Positions 31,069-39,540 of a stretch of 64,000 nt of DNA are shown here, piece after piece. The stretch covers positions 136,305 to 200,304 of the forward strand of contig DHXV01000001.1 of the NCBI GenBank assembly GCA_002415345.1. The letters are read 5' to 3'. The notes beneath the pieces are model-generated. The model was not told where the DNA came from. It saw only the letters and a list, made by a program, of their open reading frames with translations, and did not search any database. Positions within the stretch are counted from its first letter, which is position 1, and every line of letters begins with the position of its first letter. The position numbers and the translations under genes were made by a program. This stretch comes from Patescibacteria group bacterium UBA5147. GTDB lineage: Bacteria > Patescibacteriota > Saccharimonadia > UBA4664.

Positions 31069-31146
31069 AAAAGGCTCCCGGAGGAGTTTTTTTAAGCATA
31101 AGTGATATGGATGGCCATCGTAGTAGCTATTGCTACTGAATTACGG
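31067..31146 (-). repeat. tRNA-Lys 3'-end-derived direct repeat R2 plus terminator hairpin
   Basis: Core at 31092-31146 (..CAGTAGCAATAGCTACTACGATGGCCATCCATATCACTTATGCTTAAAAAAA) begins 25 nt after the stop of 31171-31674. Hairpin GGCTCCCGGAGGAG plus a T-run at 31067-31092. Confidence 0.8.
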
Positions 31147-31170
31147 ATACACCGAAGGCCAACTTCGCTG

Positions 31171-31674
31171 TTACGGGTGAGCATTTTCTCTTGTAAAGAA
31201 CGCGTATGACTCGGTGTTGTACTCTTTGAGTGGCCATACCGCCATCCCCTGCTCCTGCCAAAGCGCAAACTCTGCAACGCCCGCTTCCATCGTAAAACGA
31301 CTGCAAACTGTGCAATATGGTTCCCCGGCCTTCGTCAATTCCCCATCCCCATTCACACGCATAAAGTACAATCGCGAACCGGCCAGCTTATCGGGATTAC
31401 GTTTACTGGCATCTAACACGGCTCGCCACTCGGCATGAATACAGCAGGTTTTATCAAACAACGGCTTGAGCGTTTGGGTGTACTCACGTGAGCAAGTTCG
31501 GCTAGCTTCATCATCAAGCGGCGGCCCGTTGTAGCCTTCGCCGATAATCACCCCATCGCTTACGATGACCGAGCCGCAGCGTGCCTTTAGGCACTTGGCC
31601 TGGCGCGCAATTCGAGCAGCTTCGTTAAACCAGTTTTCTGCATCTTTGACTTCGTTTTCGGCAAGAAACTTCAT
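31171..31674 (-). CDS. CMP/dCMP-type zinc deaminase family protein
   Basis: HAE zinc/catalytic motif (CCIHAEWRA) and PCxxC (PYCTVCS); N-terminal GSVIV..GEGYN. The listed ORF start at 31761 reads through the repeat/terminator; the real start is MKFLAE at 31674. Confidence 0.65.
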   Translation of the reverse strand: MKFLAENEVKDAENWFNEAARIARQAKCLKARCGSVIVSDGVIIGEGYNGPPLDDEASRTCSREYTQTLKPLFDKTCCIHAEWRAVLDASKRNPDKLAGSRLYFMRVNGDGELTKAGEPYCTVCSRFTMEAGVAEFALWQEQGMAVWPLKEYNTESYAFFTRENAHP

Positions 31675-31692
31675 TAAGTAATCATAGCAAAC

Positions 31693-31773
31693 AAAAAAGA
31701 CCTCCGAAGTAGTCTTTTTAAGCATGAGTGCGATGGAGGGCCATTGTGCTGGCTGTTGCAACTGAAACTACTG
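31693..31773 (-). repeat. tRNA-Lys 3'-end-derived direct repeat R3 plus terminator hairpin
   Basis: Core at 31719-31773 (CAGTTGCAACAGCCAGCACAATGGCCCTCCATCGCACTCATGCTTAAAAAG). AAAAGAC...GTCTTTT hairpin at 31693-31719. Confidence 0.8.
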
Positions 31774-31965
31774 ATTTCAGAGCATTTATCGCTCAGCTAG
31801 GGTAGGTTGCAGGGACGAATATCGTTATCAATACATTCCTTAAGTTCCTGTATTTGTACAAACTGCTTATAGTCATTCGTATATACTGGTTACGCTTATA
31901 ATGATCCAAATCCCAAATTTGGATGACATCCGGCAAATTGGCTAAAGCTAAGCTCATGATATCCT

Positions 31966-32631
31966 TTGCATATGAACGATCAACTATCGCGATACCAGGC
32001 TTTCGAAACATTTAAAGAGGTGCCACGCATCGACGTGAAGCGCTGCTTTGTTGCGGCACAATATTTTGGGACCTTGGAGCGCGGGAATACTCGCTATCTA
32101 CCCAAGTTGACGCGCCAAGATTTTGTTGATCGGCTGCAAACTTCAAAAGATTATGCTCAAACAATTCTTGAACCAGAACTGGATGAGAGAATTTTGGAGG
32201 GAAACTATCCAAAACGGTTGAAGATGTATAACGCGTGTACCTGGTATATAGGTGTGGTATTCGCCGATGAAGTTGGAGTATGGAAAGGCGCGGGCGGCCT
32301 CCCAGTGGCCTGGACGTACGGTTCTTTGGAGGATACGGCACGCTATGTGAGCCATGCCCTCCGGAGCAACGAAACGATACTCCCTGCACGGGCTAGGCGC
32401 GTGATACCCCGCATCACCCTTAACCTCAATCTTATTGAACAGGAGCCTTATCTTTATCCAATCATTGCCCCTGGAGCAACTATGGGCCGCGGTCTCAATG
32501 GACGCCCTTACACCCACTTTGAGCTCATGAATGGTGATATTGAGGATGGCTGCATGCGCTCGATTGCCTTGGCTCATCAGGGGCGGTCAAAGTTTCTTGC
32601 ATATGTTGGAATGAAAAATATAAAAAAATAA
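31966..32631 (+). CDS. Hypothetical protein (221 aa), plus-strand gene inside the cassette array
   Basis: Long ORF with no recognised domain, convergent to its neighbours. Followed by hairpin TAACGGCTCTACAGAGCTGTTA at 32628-32649. Confidence 0.45.
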   Translation: MHMNDQLSRYQAFETFKEVPRIDVKRCFVAAQYFGTLERGNTRYLPKLTRQDFVDRLQTSKDYAQTILEPELDERILEGNYPKRLKMYNACTWYIGVVFADEVGVWKGAGGLPVAWTYGSLEDTARYVSHALRSNETILPARARRVIPRITLNLNLIEQEPYLYPIIAPGATMGRGLNGRPYTHFELMNGDIEDGCMRSIALAHQGRSKFLAYVGMKNIKK

Positions 32632-32704
32632 CGGCTCTACAGAGCTGTTATTTCATAATGATTCCTGGAGGCCATCGTAGATGTTACCGCAACTAAAATT
32701 TGCG
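32628..32704 (-). repeat. tRNA 3'-end-derived direct repeat R4 (chimeric Lys/His type) plus bidirectional hairpin
   Basis: Minus reading: TAGTTGCGGTAACATCTACGATGGCCTCCAGGAATCATTATGAAATAACAGCTCTGTAGAGCCGTTATTTTTTT. The tail matches the flank of tRNA-His at 47925-47965. Confidence 0.7.
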
Positions 32705-33004
32705 AAGCAGCAGAGTAACTACTATTCCCAGCTCAATAATAAATAGCGGTATGTACGTAATTACTAATGGCTTTTCTTTATGCTTGACGCTGAATATTGC
32801 GAATATGCCAGCTTGCAATGCATAGAAAGACCACGTAACCAGAGACACTCCCTGTAAGTTACTCGCTGTTACGACGTTATAGAGCTGGGGCAGGGTAACT
32901 ATAGGCATACAAATGCCTACTACTGTGGTGAGTTTGTCTAGGTTCTTATTTTGAGTTTTTCTTATATACATTGCCCACAGTATAGCAAACAAAAAGGCTC
33001 CCAA
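32693..33004 (-). CDS. Small membrane protein (103 aa, TTG start)
   Basis: 3 predicted TM helices; repeat R4 begins at its stop codon. Confidence 0.4.
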   Translation of the reverse strand: MGAFLFAILWAMYIRKTQNKNLDKLTTVVGICMPIVTLPQLYNVVTASNLQGVSLVTWSFYALQAGIFAIFSVKHKEKPLVITYIPLFIIELGIVVTLLLRKF

Positions 33005-33010
33005 GCGGAA

Positions 33011-33062
33011 GTCTTTTTATCATAAGTGCTATGGAGGGCCATCGTGCTTGCTGTTGCAACTG
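33011..33062 (-). repeat. tRNA-Lys 3'-end-derived direct repeat R5 (closest match to the tRNA flank)
   Basis: CAGTTGCAACAGCAAGCACGATGGCCCTCCATAGCACTTATGATAAAAAGAC; identical to R6/tRNA-Lys from GATGG to CTTATG. Confidence 0.8.
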
Positions 33063-33154
33063 GAATACAAACAAGTGCCCCCTCCATTTGCCAATTATAT
33101 AATCAAGTTTCAACTACCAGCGCAATCAACCTTTGATACCAATTTTTTGATATC

Positions 33155-33523
33155 TCAGAAAATAATCTCTTTACCATCTGGACAAACGAAGCCATATGGC
33201 TGGTGAGCCGTCAGGGCTTTCTTTAGTACATCATTGTATTGCGGATTGGAAGGGAAAACCGCTTTACGCATATCAGGAAACTCGAATATAAAAGGATTAA
33301 CATCATGGCGAATAGCTGGCTGGCCGCCACACTCAGAGACCGCCACGTTATATTTTCTATTTCGCTCCGCGCTGGTGTCTTTAATGTGGGAGTATACAAA
33401 TGGGCTCGATGCTACTGCTAAGATGAAAAGTAGAAAAAAAACTAGTGCACCCCAACCTGCCGGACGATGTGATAACTTCACTATCTCAGAAAATGTTGAG
33501 AGCCCACGTTTTGCCATTACCAC
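33155..33523 (-). CDS. Hypothetical secreted/membrane protein (122 aa)
   Basis: N-terminal hydrophobic segment; no recognised domain. Confidence 0.35.
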   Translation of the reverse strand: MVMAKRGLSTFSEIVKLSHRPAGWGALVFFLLFILAVASSPFVYSHIKDTSAERNRKYNVAVSECGGQPAIRHDVNPFIFEFPDMRKAVFPSNPQYNDVLKKALTAHQPYGFVCPDGKEIIF

Positions 33524-33560
33524 TATGGTACGACAAAACGTGGGCCAAGGCTATTCAGCC

Positions 33561-35834
33561 CTAGGAAACGGCGGCCAAGACGAGACCTGCGATGTCAACT
33601 TGTCCTTGGGCGCTTGGATGCGGATACCCGAAATATCTTGTTTGCTGGAGGTCATCGATAGGACTCGTTGATAAAGTGCCCGAACTCCGTAAATCAACGA
33701 CTATCACCCCACTGGATGAAAGTGGCGTAATGTAGCCAGTGTCGAGGTAATCGATGACCTCGTTTGCCCCTTCATGTGGGGCCGTTGTAGAATCGTGATC
33801 CGCGCACGTACTAGTGCTGTTCATTATGTGCGGATACGTAATAACGACCTTTCTCACGGCCGGATCTTGAATCGATGCGGCAGTGAACAATCCCGATAAA
33901 GCCGTCGGCGAGGTGGCTAGAAAAGTCGTCAGGTTAGCCTTAATTGTGTCCGTGTCGGGACATTGACCTCTCGTTGTCTCTAGCCACGGTTTGGCATTCA
34001 GGTCGACTGAGTCTACCGAGAATTGAACGTAATAGTTCGTCAAAGCGTCTGCAAAATTAATGTCATCGGCACCCCCATCTGCCGATACGACGTTCCACGA
34101 TCCTGCGAATGCAGAGAGTATGTTTTCCATCTCTGACTGTTGACCACATCCAGGGCATCCTGTCGATGCTGTCGAAGGGAAGTCTGCAGACTTTGCCCCG
34201 CTCATAGCATAGACGTACGCCGTCATCTGCCATCTGACCGGAACGCTCCTTTCCGTGTTGAATTGGTCAACGGCCCTGCTGGGCCACGAAAATGAAGCAT
34301 CGTTTGGATCTAATGCGGGAGCGGTAGTTCGGTCTATACATGTCCCCGAGTAGTCTCCGTTCAACGAATATGCGAGCTGAGCGTAGACATAACCAGCATA
34401 GTTACATGGCTCATCCAAAAACTGATTGTGGCCACTGGAGTAGCTATCGCCAGCCGCAACCCAGACGGGTGCGAAAGGTGTTATGTAACTTCCAGTCCCC
34501 TGAGTGCCTAGTCCATTTGCATCAATGACCACGGCGTTAGAGATATATACGTTGTTAGGCTCCAATGGAAGCACACTAACTCCAACCTTGATAGAGCTAG
34601 GGGCGGTTCCACCTGAAATGCAGATACTTTTTGTCGTACTAGCCGCACCAACTGAAACGGCCACACTTGCAGGACAAGAAACGCTACTGAGGCCAACCGT
34701 AACATCCACATCATAGAAATGCGTGGCGTTCGTGACAGCAGAAGTAACGCTGCTCACACTTGCCGAAGATGAGCTATAGACGCCGCTGATTTTGTATAGC
34801 AAGCCATAGTAGTTCGCACCAATATAGACGTTGCCGAAACCATCAAGGGCGAGGCCAGGAGCGCCTCCAAAGACGTTGGCCGGATTGGTGACTGTTCCAT
34901 TTGAGTCGATCCTATATACAGCGCCACTAGAGCCTCCACCGACAAAAATGTTGCCTGCATTATCAGCATCTACTGCGTAGGGCGATGATGCCAGAGTTGC
35001 AAACGTTGACATTATGCCGCTTGAGTTCACAACCTTTATTAAGCGATTGCCTGTATCAGAGATATAGACTTTGCCATCCGCGTAAACAGCACCATTAGCG
35101 TAGCTGAGGCTAGATGATGTAGCTACACCAGTAGTGTTACCTTGATAACCATTACCCGCAACAGTTGATATCACACCATTGACGTTGATTTTGCGAATAC
35201 GGAACTGGCCTGAGTCTGCGATATACAGTTCTTTTGTCGCATCGTCATAACTGAGATTACCAAGGCTACCGAGTCGAGCAGACGTTGCAGCAGCGCCGTC
35301 ACCAACGTCAGTTGGATCATTTGGGTTATGCGTGGAAGTATAGTACTGACCAGCATAAGTCGTTATGACCCCGGCAGGATTAACTTTGCGAACAAGGTGA
35401 TGACTTGAGTCGGCAATGAATACCGTTCCATCTGAAGTCACAGCAACACCCGACGGCTGAAACAGATTTGCTCCTGTTGCGGGGCCACCATCCCCTAGAT
35501 TGGTGGCGCCTGCGGTGGCGCCGTTGCCGGCAAACAACGAAGTGTTTCCAGTTGAAAGCTCGACTTTGCAAACAACATTATGGTTTTCGTCCGCAACATA
35601 TGCATACCCATTGTGACCAATTGCTACAGCGGAACCCTTATTGAAGACGACAGACGTCCCTGAACGAATGGTAGAATCACAAGTTACGCCTGTGCCAATA
35701 GAGTTTCCGGCTACGACGGTGATAGTAGAGGCATTTGCAGTTTGGCTTACAAGCGTGAATAATGCACTTACCAAAACTATGGCAGTTGAAAACGCAAAAA
35801 CTCGATGTTTAGTGCATCCTCGAATGATGTTCAT
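33561..35834 (-). CDS. Secreted NHL-repeat beta-propeller protein with C-terminal SGNH/GDSL-hydrolase-like domain
   Basis: Signal peptide. Repeated NHL-like units (VAVTSDGTVFIADSSHHLVRKV, LYIADSGQFRIRKI, VYISDTGNRLIKVV). A C-terminal GDS(x)G block is present (WVAAGDSYSSGHNQF). Confidence 0.6.
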   Translation of the reverse strand: MNIIRGCTKHRVFAFSTAIVLVSALFTLVSQTANASTITVVAGNSIGTGVTCDSTIRSGTSVVFNKGSAVAIGHNGYAYVADENHNVVCKVELSTGNTSLFAGNGATAGATNLGDGGPATGANLFQPSGVAVTSDGTVFIADSSHHLVRKVNPAGVITTYAGQYYTSTHNPNDPTDVGDGAAATSARLGSLGNLSYDDATKELYIADSGQFRIRKINVNGVISTVAGNGYQGNTTGVATSSSLSYANGAVYADGKVYISDTGNRLIKVVNSSGIMSTFATLASSPYAVDADNAGNIFVGGGSSGAVYRIDSNGTVTNPANVFGGAPGLALDGFGNVYIGANYYGLLYKISGVYSSSSASVSSVTSAVTNATHFYDVDVTVGLSSVSCPASVAVSVGAASTTKSICISGGTAPSSIKVGVSVLPLEPNNVYISNAVVIDANGLGTQGTGSYITPFAPVWVAAGDSYSSGHNQFLDEPCNYAGYVYAQLAYSLNGDYSGTCIDRTTAPALDPNDASFSWPSRAVDQFNTERSVPVRWQMTAYVYAMSGAKSADFPSTASTGCPGCGQQSEMENILSAFAGSWNVVSADGGADDINFADALTNYYVQFSVDSVDLNAKPWLETTRGQCPDTDTIKANLTTFLATSPTALSGLFTAASIQDPAVRKVVITYPHIMNSTSTCADHDSTTAPHEGANEVIDYLDTGYITPLSSSGVIVVDLRSSGTLSTSPIDDLQQTRYFGYPHPSAQGQVDIAGLVLAAVS

Positions 35835-36046
35835 TTCGACTTCCTTAACCGGTCGGTACTGCGTTTCCCGACTCAGCCCCCTTCACTCACGGAAGCAAGT
35901 AGAGAGAGCTGATCGCGAACGCCATAAGGAGTATACCTTAAGTGGTAAGAATTATCCGTGATGTCGAATCGGCGTATTTTAGACTTACAAAATTTCGACT
36001 AATTTTCCACCTAGTTGAAAAGTTATTGAAACAACTTAGGCAAAAC

Positions 36047-36068
36047 AAAAAACCCTTACGGGTTTTTT
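36047..36068 (-). terminator. Intrinsic terminator after tRNA-Lys (AAAACCCGTAAGGGTTTTTT)
   Basis: Perfect 7-bp stem, GTAA loop and a T-run on the minus strand, 15-36 nt after the tRNA CCA end. Confidence 0.7.
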
Positions 36069-36082
36069 AAGCATAAGTGCTA

Positions 36083-36159
36083 TGGAGGGCCATCTGGGAT
36101 TCGAACCCAGGACACGGGGATTAAGAGTCCCCTGCTCTAACCAACTGAGCTAATGGCCC
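36083..36159 (-). tRNA. tRNA-Lys (anticodon CTT), CCA encoded
   Basis: Manual cloverleaf: acceptor GGGCCAT/ATGGCCC, D-arm GCTC-AGTTGGTTA-GAGC, anticodon arm GGGGA-CTCTTAA-TCCCC, T-arm CTGGG-TTCGAAT-CCCAG. Confidence 0.9.
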
Positions 36160-36229
36160 GAAATGTGAAACAGTCATAATCCTACCCGAAACAGCACTTT
36201 TAGGCAAGAACTATGAGGGGAATAATTAC

Positions 36230-36305
36230 TGGTGCGCCCGGAGGGACTTGAACCCCCGACACCTTGGTTCGAAGCCAAGTGCTCTATCCACTGAGCTACG
36301 AGCGC
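36230..36305 (-). tRNA. tRNA-Arg (anticodon TCG), CCA encoded
   Basis: Acceptor GCGCTCG/CGGGCGC, anticodon arm CTTGG-CTTCGAA-CCAAG, T-loop TTCAAGT. Confidence 0.85.
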
Positions 36306-36439
36306 ACATTGAGTTGTACGGACAGCGCAACTAAGTATTTATAGCAGATTTTAGCAACTTTGACTAGGATTGCGCATGATAACGACACTAATAATGCCAG
36401 CTCCGGTAGTTAACCGGAACTGGCATTTTTGGATAGGAG

Positions 36440-37903
36440 CTAGAGGTCGAAAATGTCCGTTTCCAGGCGTTTGACAGCCTCGATTCCGCTGATTGAGCCT
36501 CGGTTGGGGTTATCCAACTGCGATTGGATATCAGCGACCAGTTTGCCCCTCCACCCGGTTGCTGCGGCTGGGGCACTGGCCTGAGCGAGTACCGCCCGCA
36601 GGGCGGCCGAAACCGTCCACGCCTGCGTGCGCTCCGGCATATTGGTAGCGGCAACCGCGCGTTGGCCGCTGGCCATCTCCGGCAGGTAAATAACTCGGCC
36701 ATCGGTATCGACGTACCAGAATTCGTAGCACTGGCGCGACTTGTTGATGCCGTTAAGGATGCGGTCTTCAATCTCTTCCGCGAGCGGAGCCAGGCCCTGG
36801 CGGCGCAACCCCCGTGCAAAGAAATTGGAGTTGACCGCCCATGAGACTTTGGCGCCCTGATAGTCCCAGTACGGCACTAAACTGGCATATTTGAGTCCGC
36901 GCATCCGTAGGCCGACGTCGGTGATAAACTCCGAACTGAACATTTTCCCGACGATGCTCGAGACATACGACTGCGTTTCACTCTCTGGGAGCCCGTCGAA
37001 CAGCCGGGTATCGAGCAACTCCGCCGGGAGAGAGGTGGCCGTTCGAACAAGCCGGGGCAGTGCGCCAACGGCCGGACGATCCAAGGCCATAGCAAAGCTT
37101 TGGCGATCAGGCATCCAGAATTGTTCGAGCGTGGTTTGGCGCAGGGTGGCGGCCTGGTCAAGCCACCGGGGGCAGTTAGCATGGTCCGGAAAGAGCTCCG
37201 CGCCATCCAACAAGGCGTCATACGCCAGACCCTGGACCTCGATTGAAGCCATGGGCGCATCGGGGTTAGCCAGCGAACCGTCCTCGTGCAGGTACGACGT
37301 TTGTCCGTCGCGCAATCCCTGATAGCCATGGCCACGCGGGTTGGTACGACAGAATTCAAGCAGTCCAAGCTCACTGGCGGCGATCCGATGGCTCAACCAG
37401 GCCAACGCCGACAGGGCTGACTCCGCGAGTGTGGTAATGGTACCGTCGCGGCGGACAATCCGCGTCGCCAGGACCTCCGGTCCGTGGTGCCTGACGTGAG
37501 CTGCTATTAACCGGACGAACTGTGGGGTCGCATCGACCGTACCGTAATAACAAAGCTCACTTTCGGTGCCGCCCCACTTCGCCGCCAGCTCATGCAAAAT
37601 AGCGGCTTGGTCCGGTCCGATGAGTTCACCGCCGATAATCAGGTTGCGGTACTCGTGGTGAATCCGGCCCGGCTCTTCCTCCGAAATAGAGTTGGCTTGT
37701 TCGCCCTGCAATCTGGACAGCGAGATGAGAATGCGAGCCGAGAGCGCGGGGTAGTACGGTACCAGGTCGAGACCCACAATGAGGCTGTCGCGCCCAAAAA
37801 TCGCCCATTTGAAGAGCTTGTAGTTGGACGCCTGAATGCCGTCCAGCGTAATGACGCTCATGAGATCGCCGAAAAGTCCCGGCAGTGTCGCATACGGGCG
37901 CAT
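36440..37903 (-). CDS. Amylo-alpha-1,6-glucosidase / glycogen-debranching-enzyme C-terminal-domain family protein
   Basis: 487 aa (alpha/alpha)6-barrel-like sequence (..YYGTVDATPQF.., ..EFWYVDTDG..). Locally GC-rich relative to the surrounding window. Confidence 0.55.
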   Translation of the reverse strand: MRPYATLPGLFGDLMSVITLDGIQASNYKLFKWAIFGRDSLIVGLDLVPYYPALSARILISLSRLQGEQANSISEEEPGRIHHEYRNLIIGGELIGPDQAAILHELAAKWGGTESELCYYGTVDATPQFVRLIAAHVRHHGPEVLATRIVRRDGTITTLAESALSALAWLSHRIAASELGLLEFCRTNPRGHGYQGLRDGQTSYLHEDGSLANPDAPMASIEVQGLAYDALLDGAELFPDHANCPRWLDQAATLRQTTLEQFWMPDRQSFAMALDRPAVGALPRLVRTATSLPAELLDTRLFDGLPESETQSYVSSIVGKMFSSEFITDVGLRMRGLKYASLVPYWDYQGAKVSWAVNSNFFARGLRRQGLAPLAEEIEDRILNGINKSRQCYEFWYVDTDGRVIYLPEMASGQRAVAATNMPERTQAWTVSAALRAVLAQASAPAAATGWRGKLVADIQSQLDNPNRGSISGIEAVKRLETDIFDL

Positions 37904-38010
37904 GGAATCGGTCCTTCCGACGAGTAGGGAGATTGGTTTTCAAGGTATGGGGCTACTATAGTACGAAATATACCGAATACAAGCCAAATTAATCTAAAAA
38001 TAATTGCTCT

Positions 38011-38086
38011 TGGTGCGCCTGAAGGGATTCGAACCCCCGACACCCAGTACCGGAAACTGGTGCTCTATCCCCTGAGCTACAGGCGC
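38011..38086 (-). tRNA. tRNA-Arg (anticodon CCG), CCA encoded
   Basis: Acceptor GCGCCTG/CAGGCGC, D-arm GCTC-AGGGGATA-GAGC, anticodon arm CCAGT-TTCCGGT-ACTGG, T-loop TTCGAAT. Confidence 0.85.
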
Positions 38087-38254
38087 GTACGGCCCACCAA
38101 TCGTGGTGAGCCTTCCTAGCGTAATATGAACGAGGGCTTAACTCAACCGTTAGAGCGACAGATTTGCCGCTCTAACGATTTGATAATCTCCTAGAGCCCT
38201 GTGTCATAGGAGCCGCTTGAGTTAAGTTGAAAGTTCGTTGGCTGAGCCGACTTG

Positions 38255-39043
38255 TTATTTGCCGTTAGACGAGACTATGGCAACCCAGCCAACAGCTAAC
38301 ACGAGCGCCAACAGTGACAAGAAGTAATTCGCCCAGTGAACGCTCGGCTTTGGCTGACCGCTAGCTTTCAGGTCCCGCAACTGACGGTAGCGCCCGGCTA
38401 GCCCCGATGGGACCACCAAGAAGCTCAAAACGCCATTGCTGCCCAGGATAGCAGAGGCGGTCAACATGCCCCACATTTCCCATAGGTGTCCGCTGACCAG
38501 TTCCTTGCTGCGTTTGAGTGAAGCCATAATACCCAAATTCTCGGCAAACATTGCGGCTGGGGCCAAACTGAACCAAAGGCCAAAGATTATCCCTGGAACG
38601 ATCAGTAACAACGTACCGCCAGCTACGATGAGCCCCGTTAGAACGGTCAGGCCTGCGACCGGCAACAGCTTCGACACTGCCTGCGAAAAGAGTTCCTTGC
38701 CGCTGTATGCGACATCATTAATACCGGCAGCGGTGATAGCGGAATAGAGCGAGATAAACATGGCAATAATCGCCAGATAAACCACTGCAAGAATCAGAAA
38801 TGCCGGAGCCGCCAAATGAACCACACTAAAAATGATAGCCGCTACGACTCCGGCAATCACGGTCAAGATAAGCGCTGAAACGAACCGGAGCACCGCGAGC
38901 AAGCTCGATGTGCCGTTAATCGACAACAGGTGGGCCAAGCTCTTAATAACCAGTGGAAACGGGTTGGAAGTATACTCCTGCAAGATGGGCGATGATACGG
39001 AGGGTTCGGAAATCGGGGCGGTACTCGGAATTGATGGATCCAT
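38255..39043 (-). CDS. Polytopic membrane protein, function unknown
   Basis: 262 aa with ~6 TM helices and a Pro/Ser-rich N-terminus. Confidence 0.5.
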   Translation of the reverse strand: MDPSIPSTAPISEPSVSSPILQEYTSNPFPLVIKSLAHLLSINGTSSLLAVLRFVSALILTVIAGVVAAIIFSVVHLAAPAFLILAVVYLAIIAMFISLYSAITAAGINDVAYSGKELFSQAVSKLLPVAGLTVLTGLIVAGGTLLLIVPGIIFGLWFSLAPAAMFAENLGIMASLKRSKELVSGHLWEMWGMLTASAILGSNGVLSFLVVPSGLAGRYRQLRDLKASGQPKPSVHWANYFLSLLALVLAVGWVAIVSSNGK

Positions 39044-39136
39044 ATAAAACAGTCCTTGTTATAGCGGATTCTGATAAACAACTTTAGTATCCCTGATTGC
39101 TTGGACTTCAGTCAACTTCTCGTTTAAGCTTATGAT

Positions 39137-39529
39137 ATGGAAACACCCGCCTCAGAAGAGGTTAAAACCGCCCTCGAGAACAGCGTCAGCTGGTATTTGG
39201 CAGACAAGCTTCATGACGCCACCGTATCGATAGCGATCAAGAAATACCTCACCAGCAATAACCTCCTGGTCTATTTAACACGTTGCAACGTAGCCGAAAC
39301 TTCGGTTCCAAGGGTTAAGGTTCAGATATTACAGCGGGTCGAGGGCGGCGTTCATGAATCAAGTTACCAATTGTATATCGACCACCGTCTGGAAAAGACC
39401 CAAAACGATATGCTTTTCGGCACCGATAAGGCCAGCGACGGCAGTAAAATCGAAAACGTCAGCGAAGTCGAAGCCAAGCAGCTCCTGGAATTGGTCAATT
39501 CTCTGCAAAACGCCCGCCAGACCCTTTGA
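39137..39529 (+). CDS. Hypothetical protein (130 aa)
   Basis: ORF only; no domain recognised. Confidence 0.35.
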   Translation: METPASEEVKTALENSVSWYLADKLHDATVSIAIKKYLTSNNLLVYLTRCNVAETSVPRVKVQILQRVEGGVHESSYQLYIDHRLEKTQNDMLFGTDKASDGSKIENVSEVEAKQLLELVNSLQNARQTL

Positions 39530-39540
39530 CCATCCGCCCG

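Noticed and set aside
31675-31761. Longer start (31761) for the deaminase gene
   Set aside because: The extra N-terminal 29 residues are the translation of the repeat element and its terminator hairpin (..QQPAQWPSIALMLKKTTSEVFF..). The internal ATG at 31672-31674 just after the hairpin is used instead.
30466-36160. Interpreting the repeat array as a CRISPR array or as an integron with attC sites
   Set aside because: Spacing is irregular (0.3-3 kb) and the intervening DNA encodes full genes with their own terminators, so it is not a CRISPR array. The repeats are sequence-conserved copies of a tRNA 3' end, not imperfect attC palindromes, and no intI-like gene or cas gene is present.
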